A stretch of 64,000 bases of DNA from Eledone cirrhosa (Eukaryota), in assembly GCA_964016885.1 (NCBI GenBank), contig OZ024742.1, forward strand, positions 228,532,001-228,596,000, in the 5' to 3' direction. The translations under genes were made by a program, and so were the position numbers. The notes under the pieces were generated by a model. It ran no database searches and was not told where the DNA came from. It saw only the letters and a program-made list of their open reading frames with translations. Of this stretch, positions 49,025 to 63,810 are shown piece by piece (position 1 is the first letter of the stretch; each line of letters begins with the position of its first letter).

Positions 49025-49646
49025 CAACTAATTACTCGATTGGTACTTTATCGACCTCGAAAAGTTGTTGAGCTCGGTGTGATCCGAACTGAGAGCGCAG
49101 AGAGCAGGAAGAAAATCGCAAATCATTTTTTTTTTTTTTAACATACTAACAATTATGCTAACCCACCATCTTAGCCGGGAGTTCCACAACTAGTATTCAT
49201 CAACATAGAAAGTTAATTTAGTCTTTAAAGCCTTAAGATATTTCGATATTCTATTATTTACATGTAAACGGTTTCCATTTGTATTTCTCGTTATCATCTC
49301 AGTTCTTCTGTTTAGTTTACTGCCCTGCAGCTACAGGCTGTCATAAGCAGTCTGTCGATAACCAGAGATGATAGTTCATATTCCCAGTGTAGTATTTCGT
49401 ATTTAACATTTTTGATACCAAACTGCATGAAATCGCCCCAGGATCTGGGATACAGAAATGTCTATTTTAAAGTGTCTATATTTATCTAAAATAATCATAA
49501 TTTTATGTAAGAACATTTGTTACATTTAGCTCCTCATACCAGCTTAATCATTCTTTCATACATTAGCACACGGTTGGCAATTTTGAGGAAAGGGAAAGTC
49601 GATTATATCGACTTCAATAATTAAGAGGTAATTTATTATATATAGT

Positions 49647-49934
49647 GGAGGTACGTGGCTTAGTGGTAAGGGTGTTGGACTTACGATCATGATGTCGTAG
49701 GTTCGATTCCTAGGCTGGGCTGCGTGTTGTGTTCTTGAGCAAAACACTACATTTCACGTTGGTCCAGTATACTCAGCTGAAAATGAGTACCAGCAATAGC
49801 TGGGGGTTTAACCCAGCGATGGACTGGCGCCCTGTCCAGGTGGGAGACTTGTACTCTCAGTCGCTTCACGCTATGAAACCGGGATAAGCACCGGCCAAAT
49901 GAGCCTTCTGGCTTAAGACAGACTTTAGACTTTT
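49647..49934 (+). mobile_element. tRNA-derived SINE, second family; 3' half repeated at about 50230-50390; related pieces 50830-51135 (-) and 63920-64000 (+)
   Basis: Box A TGGCTTAGTGG, box B GGTTCGATTCC, body gttcttgagcaaaacact...gcgatggactggcgccctgtccagg, tail agacttt repeats. Confidence 0.8.
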
Positions 49935-51534
49935 AGATATATACTAGACCACCCGTGACCCGTTGGGTCACTTTAACTTCAAAATATTTTTAAAAAATCA
50001 TATTCATTTAAAAATAATTTTTAAATAATTAAAATATACACAGACATGTATATAATGTGAAATGAAACTGGAAGGCCCACACATATACGTGTGTGTATGT
50101 ATATATATATGAATGTGTGTGCTTGTATACACACACATATATACATATATATATATATGTGTGTGTGTATATGTGGGTGTCTGTGATCTATATACACTGA
50201 TCATAGACACTCACATATAGATATACATACAGCTGAAAATGAGTACCAGTAATAGCTGGGGGTTTAACCCTGCGATGGATTGGCGCCCTGTCCAGGGAAG
50301 GGGGGAGTCTTGTGCTCTCAGTCATTTCACATCATGAAATAGGGAAAAAAACACCGACCTAATGAGCCTTCTGGCTTAAGACAGACTTTAAGCTAACCTA
50401 AGTTAAGTTAAGTTATTATATCGACACCGGAAGGATAAAAGTGAAAGTAGACCTCATAATTAATAAAGAAACCAGTTAATCTCTTTGTTATGTTTCTAAT
50501 AAAATACACAAGCTGTGTTTCAATGTTTATTTAATTTAGAGGGATTTAGTAAAATAACTTCTATGAAACAAAACAGCTTATTTTAAAGCATTCATCTCTA
50601 ACTGGAAACCTAGCATTATTTTGGGATTAGCAGTATCGGTAGAGGGTCGGACGCCATGCTTTGCAGCATAGAGTTACGACCCTTTGCAGTCTGAGTTCAA
50701 ATCCCGCCGAGGTTAACTTTGCCTTTCATCCTTGCGGGGTCGATAAAATAAAGTACCAGTAATTCACTGGGATAATTGCTGGCCTTGTGCCAAAAGTAGA
50801 AACAATTATTTTATGTAAAAATATTTTGTAATGGACAACCGTTGGCTTCAACGACCAGTGTTCCTGTTGCCAGAACAACGGAATAGCTTACTCCAGACAT
50901 TAAAGTTCAAATGACTAATCAATCCATAGACTCGTGTACCAGAGAGATTCAGCGTGATACAGTGTATAACAAGGTTATCCCTTTGAAATACAGCTGAGTG
51001 GAATGGATCAACAGAAATAAAGTATTGTTCAAGGACGTAACATGCCACGCATGCTCATGATCGGCTCATGATCATACTCACACTCATGTGATTACGATCA
51101 TGAGCCGAACAACCTAACCACAAAGCCACATGCCTTCATTTTTCTTAAACAATGTTACAAGCACCAGCTTAATAATGAAAAAAACGTTAGGGTTTTATTT
51201 GTAATTTTCGTTATCATTTCAATACGTCTACTTAGTTTACTGCCCTGGAGCTAGTAAGTGTTTTGGTCGAGTATATTCTAATTACTGATGTATCATCACA
51301 AAATTTTACTTCTGCCGCCATTGGTATATTTGCAATCACAGCAAAAATGGCGGTTACTCTGCCTGACAAACGCCTGAAGGGGAAAACGCAACAATAGACA
51401 AAAACAAAAACAAAACTTCGGTTATTTATTTACTATGAGTTAATGAAACTAACTCCAATGGACGGAAATAAACATCCAAAGGTGACGGAAATTACTATGT
51501 ATGATTATTATAGCATGACTGATTAATAACAAGA

Positions 51535-51600
<66 letters not shown>

Positions 51601-51623
51601 ACATACATACACACATACACACA

Positions 51624-51712
<89 letters not shown>

Positions 51713-52026
51713 GTATGTATATATCCGTATGTGGTTGACGGCTGAAAGAAAAGAGTACTCAATACCGAAGTAGAGTTTTAATATTCATTTTATTAAGGCT
51801 AAATAGTGAGTCTTGTTACTCTAGACACCCATCCCAATCCCCACCCTATACCAGATAAGGAAAGACATAAATACTTCCATTTACTTGGACAGCCAGCTTC
51901 CTGATGATTTCTCACGAATGAAACAGCTCTAGTCCTGTAGAAGCTCGTCTATATTAAAACTTTTATACTATGCTATGTATTGAGTAACTTACTTACTGTG
52001 GTTACCTCCGATTCAACCCGGAATAA

Positions 52027-52080
<54 letters not shown>

Positions 52081-52256
52081 TATACGCGGGGCGACTGAAA
52101 AGCTTCGAACCTCCAAGAGACGGTAGCATATACAAATATTTTCTTGTTCTATTTTCAACGTAGTCTCTCTTTGAGTCCACACACATTTTTCACCGGTGCC
52201 GAAGTGCCTGGATGTCGCTGAAGTAGAATATCTTAGTTTGGTCCTCACCAGAAGAT

Positions 52257-52298
<42 letters not shown>

Positions 52299-52300
52299 GT

Positions 52301-52358
<58 letters not shown>

Positions 52359-52593
52359 GAAAGGGGAGAAACCATGTGTTGCTGGTAGTTAGCTTGAATA
52401 GAGTTGGAATAAATGTGTGTTGGTTTGTCCATGGTGAGTAGAGTATAATGGTAGTTTGTTCGGGAGTATATATATATACAGTATATATATATATATATAT
52501 ATATATAATTCACCCAGTACACGTTGTAATGTGTTAGAGTTGAAGATACAATAAAATGCATCCAGAACACACACACACATATATATATATATG

Positions 52594-52673
<80 letters not shown>

Positions 52674-52744
52674 TATGTATACGTACATACCTATATGTAT
52701 ACAGACGTACACTAGTATGCACACATATATATATGCACGTATGG

Positions 52745-53193
52745 ATTATAATGCTCGGTGTGTTTGTAAACAAACATCCCGAATTAAGCCGTACAGTGTC
52801 TAGCAACCATCGTTGCTCATTTGTTCAACACTGACAAAGGAACGCTGTACTAGTCTCAAGCTTATTAGCTATCGTCAGCAACGCATACCTCCCTGCCAGA
52901 TGATTGAACGTCTGAAAGTATATACTTTCCTTATGCATATTAACGGCTGAGCAGCCTAATTTGCATATCGAGTGAGTTAATCGGCCGGGCGCACCGAAAA
53001 CGATAAAGGGAATACATTCCTGCCAGACGTTCAATCATCTGGCAGGGAGGTATGCGTTGCTGACGATAGCTAATAAGCTTGAGACTAGTACAGCGTTCTT
53101 TTGTCAGTGTTGAACAAATGAGCAACGATGGTTGCTAGACACTGTACGGCTTAATTCGGGATGTTTATTTACAAACACACCGAGCATTATAAT
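52745..53193. repeat. Long near-perfect inverted repeat (52745-52914 / 53024-53193), MITE/fold-back-like
   Basis: About 170-bp arms with about two mismatches and a 109-bp spacer. Confidence 0.9.
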
Positions 53194-53414
53194 AAATGTT
53201 CGGTGAATCCATACGTACATATATATATATGTGTGCATGTATGTATATATATATACATACTACTGTACGTCTGTATACATATATGTATGTACGTATACAT
53301 ACTTATATTTAAGTAACAGCCGTACTAAGAGTGAGAAATGAAATTTCGTTTCATTTTTTCCGTTTATATATATATATATATATATGTACATACACACACA
53401 CACACACATATATA

Positions 53415-53479
<65 letters not shown>

Positions 53480-53512
53480 TCACATATATACATACAAACA
53501 TATATAGATATA

Positions 53513-53556
<44 letters not shown>

Positions 53557-53589
53557 GAAAAATTTGAACAGGGACAGAACAGAGAGGCA

Positions 53590-54860
53590 GTACAATAAAT
53601 GTTTATTAAATTCACGCTCAGGAGAGTGGGGAGTAGGTGGGGGACGACGTTTCGGGCATAAGCCCTTCTTCAGGTGAGAAGTGTGTGGGAACAGAGTTCA
53701 AAAGGTGTGTGGGGGAGTGGTGGAGAGACATATAGCGAAAGGAAACGATGCGAATGAAAAATTAACAAATAAAGACAAAAAATATAATAAATAAAAATAA
53801 AGCATGATCAAAATACAAGGAATGAGAAAATTAAAAAATAAAGGCATGATCAAAATAAACTGAAATTAAAAGGGGGGTAAACAGGTGGTGGAAGGGTGTG
53901 GGGTGAGTAGGGGTGGTGGCGGGTGGAGTGGGGAGAGGGAGACGGGGTGTCCGAACGGGGAGGGCTGAAGGTGGTGTGTGTGGTTAGGTGTGCGTGTGTG
54001 TGTGTGTGTATGTGAAAGTGAGGGTTGGGGGAAGAACGGGGTTGCATGTTCAGGAAGAGGTGTGTGTGGGGGGTGTTTTTGTGGGTCGGAGTGTCTGTGC
54101 GTGTGTGGATAGGGGGTGGGGGGAGAGGAATCAGGAGGCTGAGGGTGTAAATATGTGGTGGGAAGCACGTGTGTGTGGTTTAAGCGTGTTGTGGGTGTGG
54201 GTGGCGTGTGGAGAAAAAAATTTTTTTTGGGGTGTGTGTGTGGGTGAGTTATATAGGTGATGGCGTAAGAGGATGGTTGAAAAGCTGGTAAGTTCCACGG
54301 ATGTTTGGAGATTTGGTTAGAAGTCAATTTCGCGTGTGGGTAATCCAAGAAGCGGTGGTCGGAAGAGGAGAGATATGGGGTGCGCGCGCAACAGGAAGTG
54401 GTCAGCAGTGGGAGTGCTGTGGTCAGTTGGTGCTGAGAGGTGGTCGGAAGGGCATAGCAGCAGTCGGTGGAATGGTAGGGAGGCGAGGATGGGTAGGTGT
54501 GAGAGTTGGAGTGAGGAGGGTGTGTGTGTGTATGTGTGTGTGTGTGTATTAGTAGGGGTGTTAGTGGGATGAGTGAGTGTGGAGCGGAGGTGTGGGTGGA
54601 GCGGGGAGAGAAGGGTGTGTGTGGTTCAATGGAGGGAGTGTGGTGTACTGGTGTGTGTGTAGTTTGGTGAAGAGGTGTTAGTATACGGGAGGTGGGGAGG
54701 GGTGGAAAGCAGGTGTGAGTGGGGGTTAGTGGTGGTAGGGTGTGTAGAGTTGGTGGTGTACGAGGGTGTGTGGGTACGTGTGCGTGGGGTTGGGGGGTGT
54801 TAGTGATGTTAGTTGCGTGTGGGGTGGGTGGTGTAAGTGGGTGCGTGTGTGCGTGTGATA
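53590..54860 (-). mobile_element. Degenerate Penelope-like 3' remnant with hammerhead-like motif at about 53644-53675
   Basis: Minus strand CTGAAGA-A-GGGC-ttat-GCCC-GAAA-CG-TC; decayed LPVAR / RE...LQT nuclease-like words; CA-rich UTR. Confidence 0.55.
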
Positions 54861-54905
54861 AGGAATACATTCACATATATACATACACACACACACATAT
54901 ACTCA

Positions 54906-54972
<67 letters not shown>

Positions 54973-55324
54973 GCACACACACTCACACATATTTAGTTCG
55001 TAAAAAAGTGATTAAATACTTAATAGATACAGTAAAGTATGTGTTTAACAACTTCATGTTTGAATTTTCCATTTTTCAAATTTCATGCAGATTAATGATA
55101 GAATGTTTTTCTCCTTATCTTCTGAATTCTTAATGGATGGGAAAAACTAATAAAATTCGTTACATATTCGAAGGGATAAAAATATAACTTTCCATCAAAA
55201 GAGATAATTGCTTTTGGTTCATATAAAACAGGAATAATGGTTCTCAGAGACCCAGGTAACATTCTTCTCTTAGTAATTCCAAGCTTCCTCAGTTCCCTCT
55301 CCAATTTTGAAGTGTCATCTAGAG

Positions 55325-58300
55325 CAGTGGTCGCCAACCTTTCTAAAACCGAGGAACCCTCTAAATATTTTGAATTCTTCACGGAACCTATACAATACAA
55401 AACTTTTCAAAAAAAATAATAAAGTATTTATTTATTTTAGTGTTTCATGCGTGTGTATGTAATCGAACACAATGGCTTTTCTGCTGCTGCGCCCCATCAG
55501 TGAGTTTAGAAAATCGAGGTTCAACACTAGTTAATGCCAGTCTCATACACTCGTCAATTGCTGACAGTTTATTCCTCTTCTTTGTGCAGATTTCCACCAA
55601 CTGCGAAAACCCTTTTTCGCACAAATAGCTAGATGGGAATAAAGTCAAATACTTCAATGCAAGTTGGCTGATTTCATTAAACTCCCCAATCAAGAATAAG
55701 TCGATCCATAGTTCTTTCTTTCTGCTTTCGAATATCACTTTCAGGTCTTCGTTTGAATTCAAATCCATCAACTGTTGTAAGCATTGGGCAGGTAGTAAAT
55801 TTTTACAATTTCCAGCGTCATTTTCTGACACTAACTGCTCGATCTCGGTGAACGGGTTTTTTATCCATAAATTTCCGCTAACAATATCTTTTTCCATCAA
55901 GTCAAAATAATCTGAAAAATCTGTGGAAAGCACATTTAAATGAGAAAGAATAATCTTCTTTAGATTGCTGGAGTCAAAATTTTCTCTCTTTTTAAGCTTT
56001 ATTTCAAGGTTTGAAAGTAATTGTCCGATTCAATTCTTTTTATAAAGATGTTTAATTTTGATTGAAAATATGTAATAAAATTGATTGAAGTAAAATTATC
56101 TGCATTGTTACCCTGAAGACACTTATTTAGTTTGTTCAGTTCACCAAAAATGTCTACTAAATAAGCGAGTTGCACATTCCATTCATTGGTTTCTAATACA
56201 CTTGCTCTTTCATCATTCTGTTTTTTTAGAAAAACTATTATTTCTTCTCTCAGTTCAAAAACTCTCTTCATAGCATCCCCAAAAGACAGCCAACGCACAT
56301 CATTGTTCAATAACAATCTATTATAATTACTTCCAGAAGATTCACAAATAAATTCAAACATTCTATAATTTTTTGCTCTTGCATGGATCAAATTGATAAT
56401 TTTGACAATGTCTTTCAGCTGGTCATTTAATATTTGAGCATCTCTGTCTTTGAATTTTTTTTAACACAAAACCTCTCGATGAATCATACAATGATTTGAA
56501 ATACAATTTGGGGTCTGTTCTTTAATTTTTGCAATCAAACCAGAATTTTTACCAGTCATTGCAGCTGCTCCATCTGTTGTTATTGAAGTCAACTTGCTCC
56601 AAGATACACCATTTAAAAAAAAATACTCTTCAATTTTATTGAATATATCTTGACCTTTAGTTGTGATGTCTAATGCCAGACAAAATAAATACTCTTCTAC
56701 TAATTCTTTTTTATCAAGGTCTACAAACCGTACATAGCAAATTAATTGAGCCTTGTTATTAATATCCGTAGTTTCGTCCACTTGCAGTCCAAAACATGGG
56801 GTTTTCTTTAGTGGAGTTAGTATCTGATTTTCTATATCAGAAGAAATATCAATTATCCCTCTTTTTACGGTATTTGCTGACAATGGTAACTGGCTTAATT
56901 TTTCTTTGTCCTTAATACTGCAGCTTTCAAAAAGATTCTCTGTAGCAATTTTTATACTTGGCAGAATTAACTGTTCTCCTAATGTAAATGGTTTCTTGTT
57001 TTTACCAATCAAATGTGAAATCTCAAAAGATGTTCTTGTTAAAGCTTTATTTCTATCTGACTTTTTACAAAACAAGTCATACATATTAGCTTGTGATTTT
57101 TTTATGTTGTTTTTCAGCGAAGTAAAGTATTCCAGTGACTTGTTTTTATCATTGGTGTGATTAGTATTAATGTGTCTTTTAAGTTTTGCAGGATTTAAAC
57201 AGCTATTTGATAGAACTTTTTAACATAGCAAACACATGGGCTGATCTGGTGTATCTTTTTTAGTGTCAGCTTTTTGAAATCCATATCTAACATAATCATC
57301 ACACCACTGTCTAACCTTACTGCTGGTATCTAACTTCAGCTTCTTTGCAGTAGACATCATATCAATGTTATTTATCTACAGTTAACATTTTTAATATGAC
57401 ATTAATAAACAAGAGAAATTAACAGTTTTTTTAATTACAAAAAGTACTTAAATTAACTTTAATTTTAGATATTTGGAAAAACTTAACTAGTTAAAAAAAA
57501 ATTTTAATTTTAAAAAATTGAAATTTCTCCATTTTAGGATGGCAAACATTATTTAAAGTCTTATAATAATATTAAAATAATAGGGGTTACTGAAAAAGGT
57601 GCAAATTTATGAACTAGAAGAAATTTTTTTCAGAGTCCAGCACTTCCTGCATATACTACTTTAGGGTCGTATTAAATATTATTGGTAATGTAAATATATT
57701 TCATCAAATGAATACATAATTGTGTGGCAAAGTTTATAGTGTATGCATGGAATACAAAATTACCTTTGTTAGTAGTCAAAACTTTACAGGCGTTACATTT
57801 TCTGTGCAAAGTACAACAGAATGTAACGTGTTCTTATTTAGAATTGTCTGTGGAACTGGATGCATGTTGAAAACGACTAGTAAGCGAGTTCACTCAGTGA
57901 GGAAACTTTAGACGACTTTAAAGCTTTTGTGAGGGCAGCAGATTAAAACGTGTTCTCTATTGAAAACATTCTACTGAACTTACGTTGTGAGAACAGCGAA
58001 CTGACCCTGCCTCTTAGCTGAGAGACCTCGCTGAACTGAAGTTTTCAGTTTAAAGTTATGCTGTCATCGACCAACATTTACTTGTTCGTGATTGGTCAAT
58101 TTCTAAGTTCAAGTGTATTATCAGTAGTAGTCAAATTCTCGGAATTCAGAAAACTATGTCTTTCCAAGAATTGATGCGAAATTGAAAGTATTCAATTTCC
58201 ACGAATCTCAGAACAGTGTTTTTCTGCTAATTCAAGTGAGAAACTGGAAGTAGTGTTTTCCACGAATTGGAGTGGAGAACCTGTGTACACTACAATAGTA

Positions 58301-58457
58301 CTTGTTCATTTATACATTGCACCTTTGGTATTTTCTTTGCACCTCATTCAGAAAACCCAAAATATTAATGGTAATGTAAATATTTATTTTTTTAAGGAAC
58401 CCGGAGTTTGTTTTACGGAACCCCAAGGTTCCGCGGAACCCATGTTGGCGACCACTG
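55325..58457 (-). mobile_element. hAT (Buster/Charlie-type) DNA transposon, full length
   Basis: TIRs CAGTGGTCGCCAAC / GTTGGCGACCACTG; perfect 8-bp TSD ATCTAGAG at 55317-55324 and 58458-58465. Confidence 0.96.
55445..57360 (-). pseudogene. hAT transposase pseudogene (BED finger, DDE, dimerisation domain)
   Basis: YVRYGF..PMCLLC*..NPAKLKRH; LQVDETTD, TTDGAAAMTG, HCMIHRE, VRWLS, LAYLVDIF, FPSSYLCEKGFS; a stop and frameshifts near 56460 and 55990. Confidence 0.93.
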
Positions 58458-58683
58458 ATCTAGAGTAATTTCTTCACTCAAGCATCATATTATAACGAGC
58501 AAGCTTTTCAACTCTTAATAGTTATATTGACTGAAACAGAATTAACTTTGAAGCAGTAGCTTTTTGTGAACTCTTGATTTGTAATGGCCCTTAAAGTTGG
58601 GTTTATTGGTTTATTGGTAATTCATTAGATATATATACACAATGTACACTATGGTTAGGTATATTAGTATTTCATTTGATATA

Positions 58684-59206
58684 CAGTTGTACCCGGTATT
58701 CAGCGGGGTTACGTTCCTAGAGCACTCGCGAAGAGTGAAAAACCGCGAATATTGGACGTGGTCCATAAAAATGCCTATAAACGTCGAAATATAACGTAAA
58801 ATATGATAAAGAAAGAGGGAGCGTCTTGTGCAAATAGACCGGCAAATACGGTATATTGTTATTAATTATTTTTGGCAGTATCGGTAGAAGGTTGGATGCC
58901 ATGCTTTGCAGCATAGAGTTACGCCCCTTCATGGTCTGAGTTCAAATCCCGCCGAGGTTCACTTTGCCTTTCATCCTTACGGAGTCGATAAAATAAAGTA
59001 CCAGTAATGTATTAATACTGAGATAATTGCTGGCCTTGTGCCCAAAGTAGAAACAATTAATTATTTAGCGTTAATATATATATTGCCACGAAAAAAGCCA
59101 TAAAAATCGCGGAAGATATTTACGATGCCGCGAATATGCGGTGGTTTCCACAAACGATTATTAGTTAGTTTTCAAGGAAAATTCAGCGAATGTTGGAGGT
59201 ACACTG
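58684..59206. mobile_element. pogo/Tigger-like MITE containing a SINE
   Basis: TA|CAGTTGTACC...GGTACACTG|TA termini, internal cgcgaata motifs. Confidence 0.6.
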
Positions 59207-60389
59207 TATATACAATCTATACTATAGTTGGGTGTATTAGTATTTCATTTGATATATATACAATGTATACTGTTCGTTTCCGGTTTGGATTCATCTCCAC
59301 TTCCTACCGTGGGTGAAATTTTTCTTATGGAATTTGATTTATTGTCGAACCCATAGCGGCGGAAATATCTGGCGTTCTTGGTCCCCTGACTACCCTTTGC
59401 TTACTGCACTAGGGATGGAGATTGCCATGTACAAAACCGAGCCCCGCCAATTGGACTGGCTTCTTTCAGCACATCTCCCTCACCATTCTCCTGGATAACT
59501 CATTCGCCATTTTGTCCTCCGATTCGATAGAGTAGTAGTTTTATTTTCAGAATCGGTAGAGCGTAGGACAAAATACCTTCAGGTATTTATCCCGGTTCTC
59601 TATGCTCTTAGTTCAAATCCTGCCTGGATCAACTTTCTCCTTCATCCTTTCAAAATCAATAAAATAAAGTACTTGGTCTAGGGCCATGGATTGATACAAT
59701 TGTTAAAGCGTCGGTTGAGATGAATTGTGGTATTACGTTTTAAGTTCATATCCCGCTGTAGCCTACTTGTGTGTTAAACTTAATCCGTCGCCAAGCTTAA
59801 CATCACCACATATCCATTGAGTGACTTTAGCAGAGTCAATTCTGCTGCAAGTATTCGGACCAGGTTTTCAGTTTCACGATAATTTGCTCCTATAATTTGC
59901 GCTGTATATCACTATTTCCCAAATTTATTTTGCTGCTGAACCCTTATACGAATTTCAAAAAATTGAATTTTGCACACCGATGCACATTCAGTTGTTTAAT
60001 CAACTGAACAATTTAACGAATATGTAAACTGGATCCTCTGCAGACACGTCTACCCTTAATATAATTACCAAACCGAATCAGTGTGACAATATATGACACG
60101 GCTAGACCTTTGAATTAAAAGGACATTCCATCTTGTATAATAGTGTAAGTGTTTGAGTATTCCACACATATGTGTACCATTTAACATGGCAAAATATATG
60201 ACAAAGCTTGACCAGTGAATTGCAGGTACTACAGCTTTTCTCACACTTTCTCTCTACGCTATTTCCCTCAGGAGGCGTGGGTAAACCCAAGACTATGATA
60301 AAAGGCACTTGACAAGCGTACCAAATTGAACCCAGCACAGCATGAATGCGAACCAATCAACAGGACCAACTATGGCTGGCTGGCTGGCT

Positions 60390-60782
60390 ACCACCACCAC
60401 CAGCACCACCACCAATACCACCACCACCACCACCTCAATCCCCCCCTCCACCACCACCAGCACCACCACCAAAACCACCAGCACCAGCATCAGCAGCAGC
60501 ACGACACCAATACCACCACCACCACCAGCACCAGCACCACCACCAAAACCACCAGCACCAGCATCAGCAGCATCAGCAGCAGCACCGACACCAATACCAC
60601 CACCACCACCACCACCACCAGCACCACCACCCAAACCACCAGCACCAGCACCAGCATCAGCAGCAGCAGCAGCACCGACACCAATACCACCACCACCACC
60701 ACCAATAGCCCACAATACCACCACCACCACCACCACCACCAATAACCCCCAATACTACCAGCACCATCAGCACCACCACCGC

Positions 60783-60840
<58 letters not shown>
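60390..60840. repeat. Compound (CCA/CAG/CTA)n trinucleotide repeat
   Basis: Direct reading. Confidence 0.9.
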
Positions 60841-60842
<2 letters not shown>

Positions 60843-61289
60843 CACCTCTCAGTCGTTCATCCTCTTAATTCTTGATAAATAAATAAATCTATTCGGATTG
60901 CTGGTCGTCGCTCTTAGTTTAGTTTACTTTAGCCAAATGGTTGAGTTTTAATGTTTCACTAATAAATTAACTGATTAACTCTAATATAGACACAAAGACA
61001 GCCAAATATACACTGAGATACATTCAGTGCACAAAATAACGATAAATAGATACGAAAAAAAAAACAAGAAAATAAAAGAACGGAAGCGAAGAAAAGAGTT
61101 AAAAAGTAATTCAAAGGAAGCAGACGACATCATCAGACTGGAATGAAGTATTTTCAATTATGAGTGTCTTTCTTTCTCAATCACTAGTTTTCCTTCATTA
61201 ACCTGTCACATCTTTGTCCTTCTGTGAAGATATTACCAAAGAAATGTTTCTATTGAAAGAAAAAAATCTGGCTTAAATAAGACGTCGGT

Positions 61290-61645
61290 GACAACAACAG
61301 CAACAAATAATGGTAACAACAACAACAACGACGAAAACAAAAGCAGCGACAACAATAACAATAACGACAACAACAATGTCAACGACGACAACAACGACAC
61401 CAACTAGTTCAACATTAATAACAATAATAATAACAACAACGACAATAACGACAACAACAACAACAACGACAACGCCATCTAGTCCAACAATAATAACAAC
61501 AATAACAACAACAACAACAACAACGACAACGCCATCTAGTCCAACAATAATAACAACAATAACAACAACAACAACAACAACGACAACGCCATCTAGTCCA
61601 ACAATAATAACAACAATAACAACAACAAAGACAATGACACCAACA
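61290..61645. repeat. (AAC/AAT)n field with three exact 60-bp higher-order units
   Basis: aacgccatctagtccaacaataat recurs at 61471, 61528 and 61585 (period about 57-60 bp). Confidence 0.85.
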
Positions 61646-61698
61646 ACTAAAAAAAAAACACCAGCAATGAAAACAAAATAAAGATACCCCCCCGCCCC

Positions 61699-61763
<65 letters not shown>

Positions 61764-62179
61764 CTCAGATGTATAATTATATACACAGACAGAAATACAC
61801 GCATAATTATATTATATTCTTACACACACAAAGAGGCATATGTGTATACACATATACAAAGACACACACAAGTACTTACACAGACATATATATATACAAC
61901 AGTTTCATTACATATGTACATTAACAGACATAAACGTACATATATACACACAGTCATATACACATACATAATCATATAATTACACACATACATACACACG
62001 GATACATACGCTCAGTGATATAATTACACACACAATATCACATTCACATAGACTTACACATACATACAGACAAATAAGTAGACACAGAATTATATCGCTA
62101 CACACGCAAGCACAAATACACATAGTCGTATAATTATAAACGCACAGACGTATACTTATGTGCATACACACACATTTAT

Positions 62180-62231
<52 letters not shown>

Positions 62232-62348
62232 ATAAATGTGTGTGTATGCACACACACACACATATATATATATATATACATATATGTGTATATGCATATA
62301 TGTGTATATATATATATATACATATATGTGTATATACATGTGTGTGTA

Positions 62349-62416
<68 letters not shown>

Positions 62417-63189
62417 AGCCCACATATATATCATATATATATACATACATAAACACATACTTACATAAACACATGCATATATAAACACATACATATATAA
62501 ACTCATGCATATAAAAACATACACACGTATATCCATATATATATATATACATACCCATACTAATACATAAACACATACATACACACATACATACATCAAA
62601 CATACATACATACATACACACAAACATACATACATACATACATACATACATACATACATACATACATACATACAAACATACATACATACAAACATACAGC
62701 TATACTTATCTGTACCAATATACACCCAAACAGAACGGAACAAGAGACAGCACCATATGAAAACAAACAACAACCACAGCAACAACAAAATAAACAAAAA
62801 ACAAAATATAAATCACAACACCAATGATAACCATCAGAATAGCAGCAGCAACAACAGCAGCAATATTAACAATATCAGTAGTATCAGCAGTATTAACAAT
62901 AACAGTAGCAGTTGCGCAGTATTGAATTTATATAGTGATTCTCTTTTTGAGACTTTCTATCATGTGATATTATAATCGTTTACATTTTTTTATTATATTT
63001 TTCCTCCTTCATTCAATAAGGCCCCAGAGACAAGAGTATCTTTTGCTGTGATAGACAGTTTTGTTAATGTAATTACTTACGTTGACTCTTAACGTCCTCT
63101 ACTTCACGAAAGCCTATTAAAAAGACATACTTTAAAAGTACAAAACAACACTAAGACTGCATCACATTATAATTTGAAGTCTATATTCT

Positions 63190-63810
63190 AATATTGCGAA
63201 ATTTTACAATAATCTATTCACAAATAAAGATACTATAACCATTTTAATTAATAAACTACATAAAACCACATTTGCATGACATTCTTAAAAATACAAAACA
63301 TTATGGCTGCATAACATTAAAATTTGCAGTCTTTATTGTAATACTGCAAATTTTCACAATTTATCCATAAGTAAAGATACTATAAACATTTCGATTAACA
63401 GACCATTTAAAACTACAGGAGCAAAATATTCTTGGAAACAATACTAACATTTTTTACAACAATCTCTCAACTAGTAAAGATGTAACAAACTATATGAAAC
63501 TACATTAGTAAGACATTCTTGAAAGGAAAAATTACTTCATCGTATTCAAAATATAGATATTTAGACAAATATTACAAATCTTAATAAGAATCTATCCACA
63601 AGTAACGATACAATAAATATTTGAATTAACAAACCACAAGAAACAACATTAGAAAGACATTCTTGAAAAGTATAAAGCAGCTCCATAACTATCAACTTAT
63701 GAAATAAAGGTTTCAGACTAAAACTGCAAATTTCTACAACAATCTGTCCACTAATCAAGTCGCTATAAACATTTGAATTACCAAATCCATTTTTATAGAT
63801 ATTTTCTGCC
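63190..63810. repeat. Degenerate tandem repeat, about five units of 110-150 bp
   Basis: Recurrent gcaaattt..acaa..atc..c...taaagatac.ataaacattt..attaac....gacattctt at about 63195, 63345, 63450, 63575, 63723. Confidence 0.65.

Noticed and set aside
49647-49720. tRNA gene
   Set aside because: A and B boxes are present but run into a SINE body and tail; no complete cloverleaf.
52082-52250. mariner-like terminal fragment (tacgcggggcgactgaaaag)
   Set aside because: Only one putative end is visible, with no partner TIR or transposase; too weak to call.
53866-54870. 334-aa H/T/P-rich ORF
   Set aside because: Arises from CA-rich low-complexity sequence of a decayed Penelope-like UTR.
60293-62975. 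Poly-Pro/Thr/His and YIYI/MYVC ORFs here and across the window
   Set aside because: Translations of microsatellites, open in several frames, with no splice or domain support.
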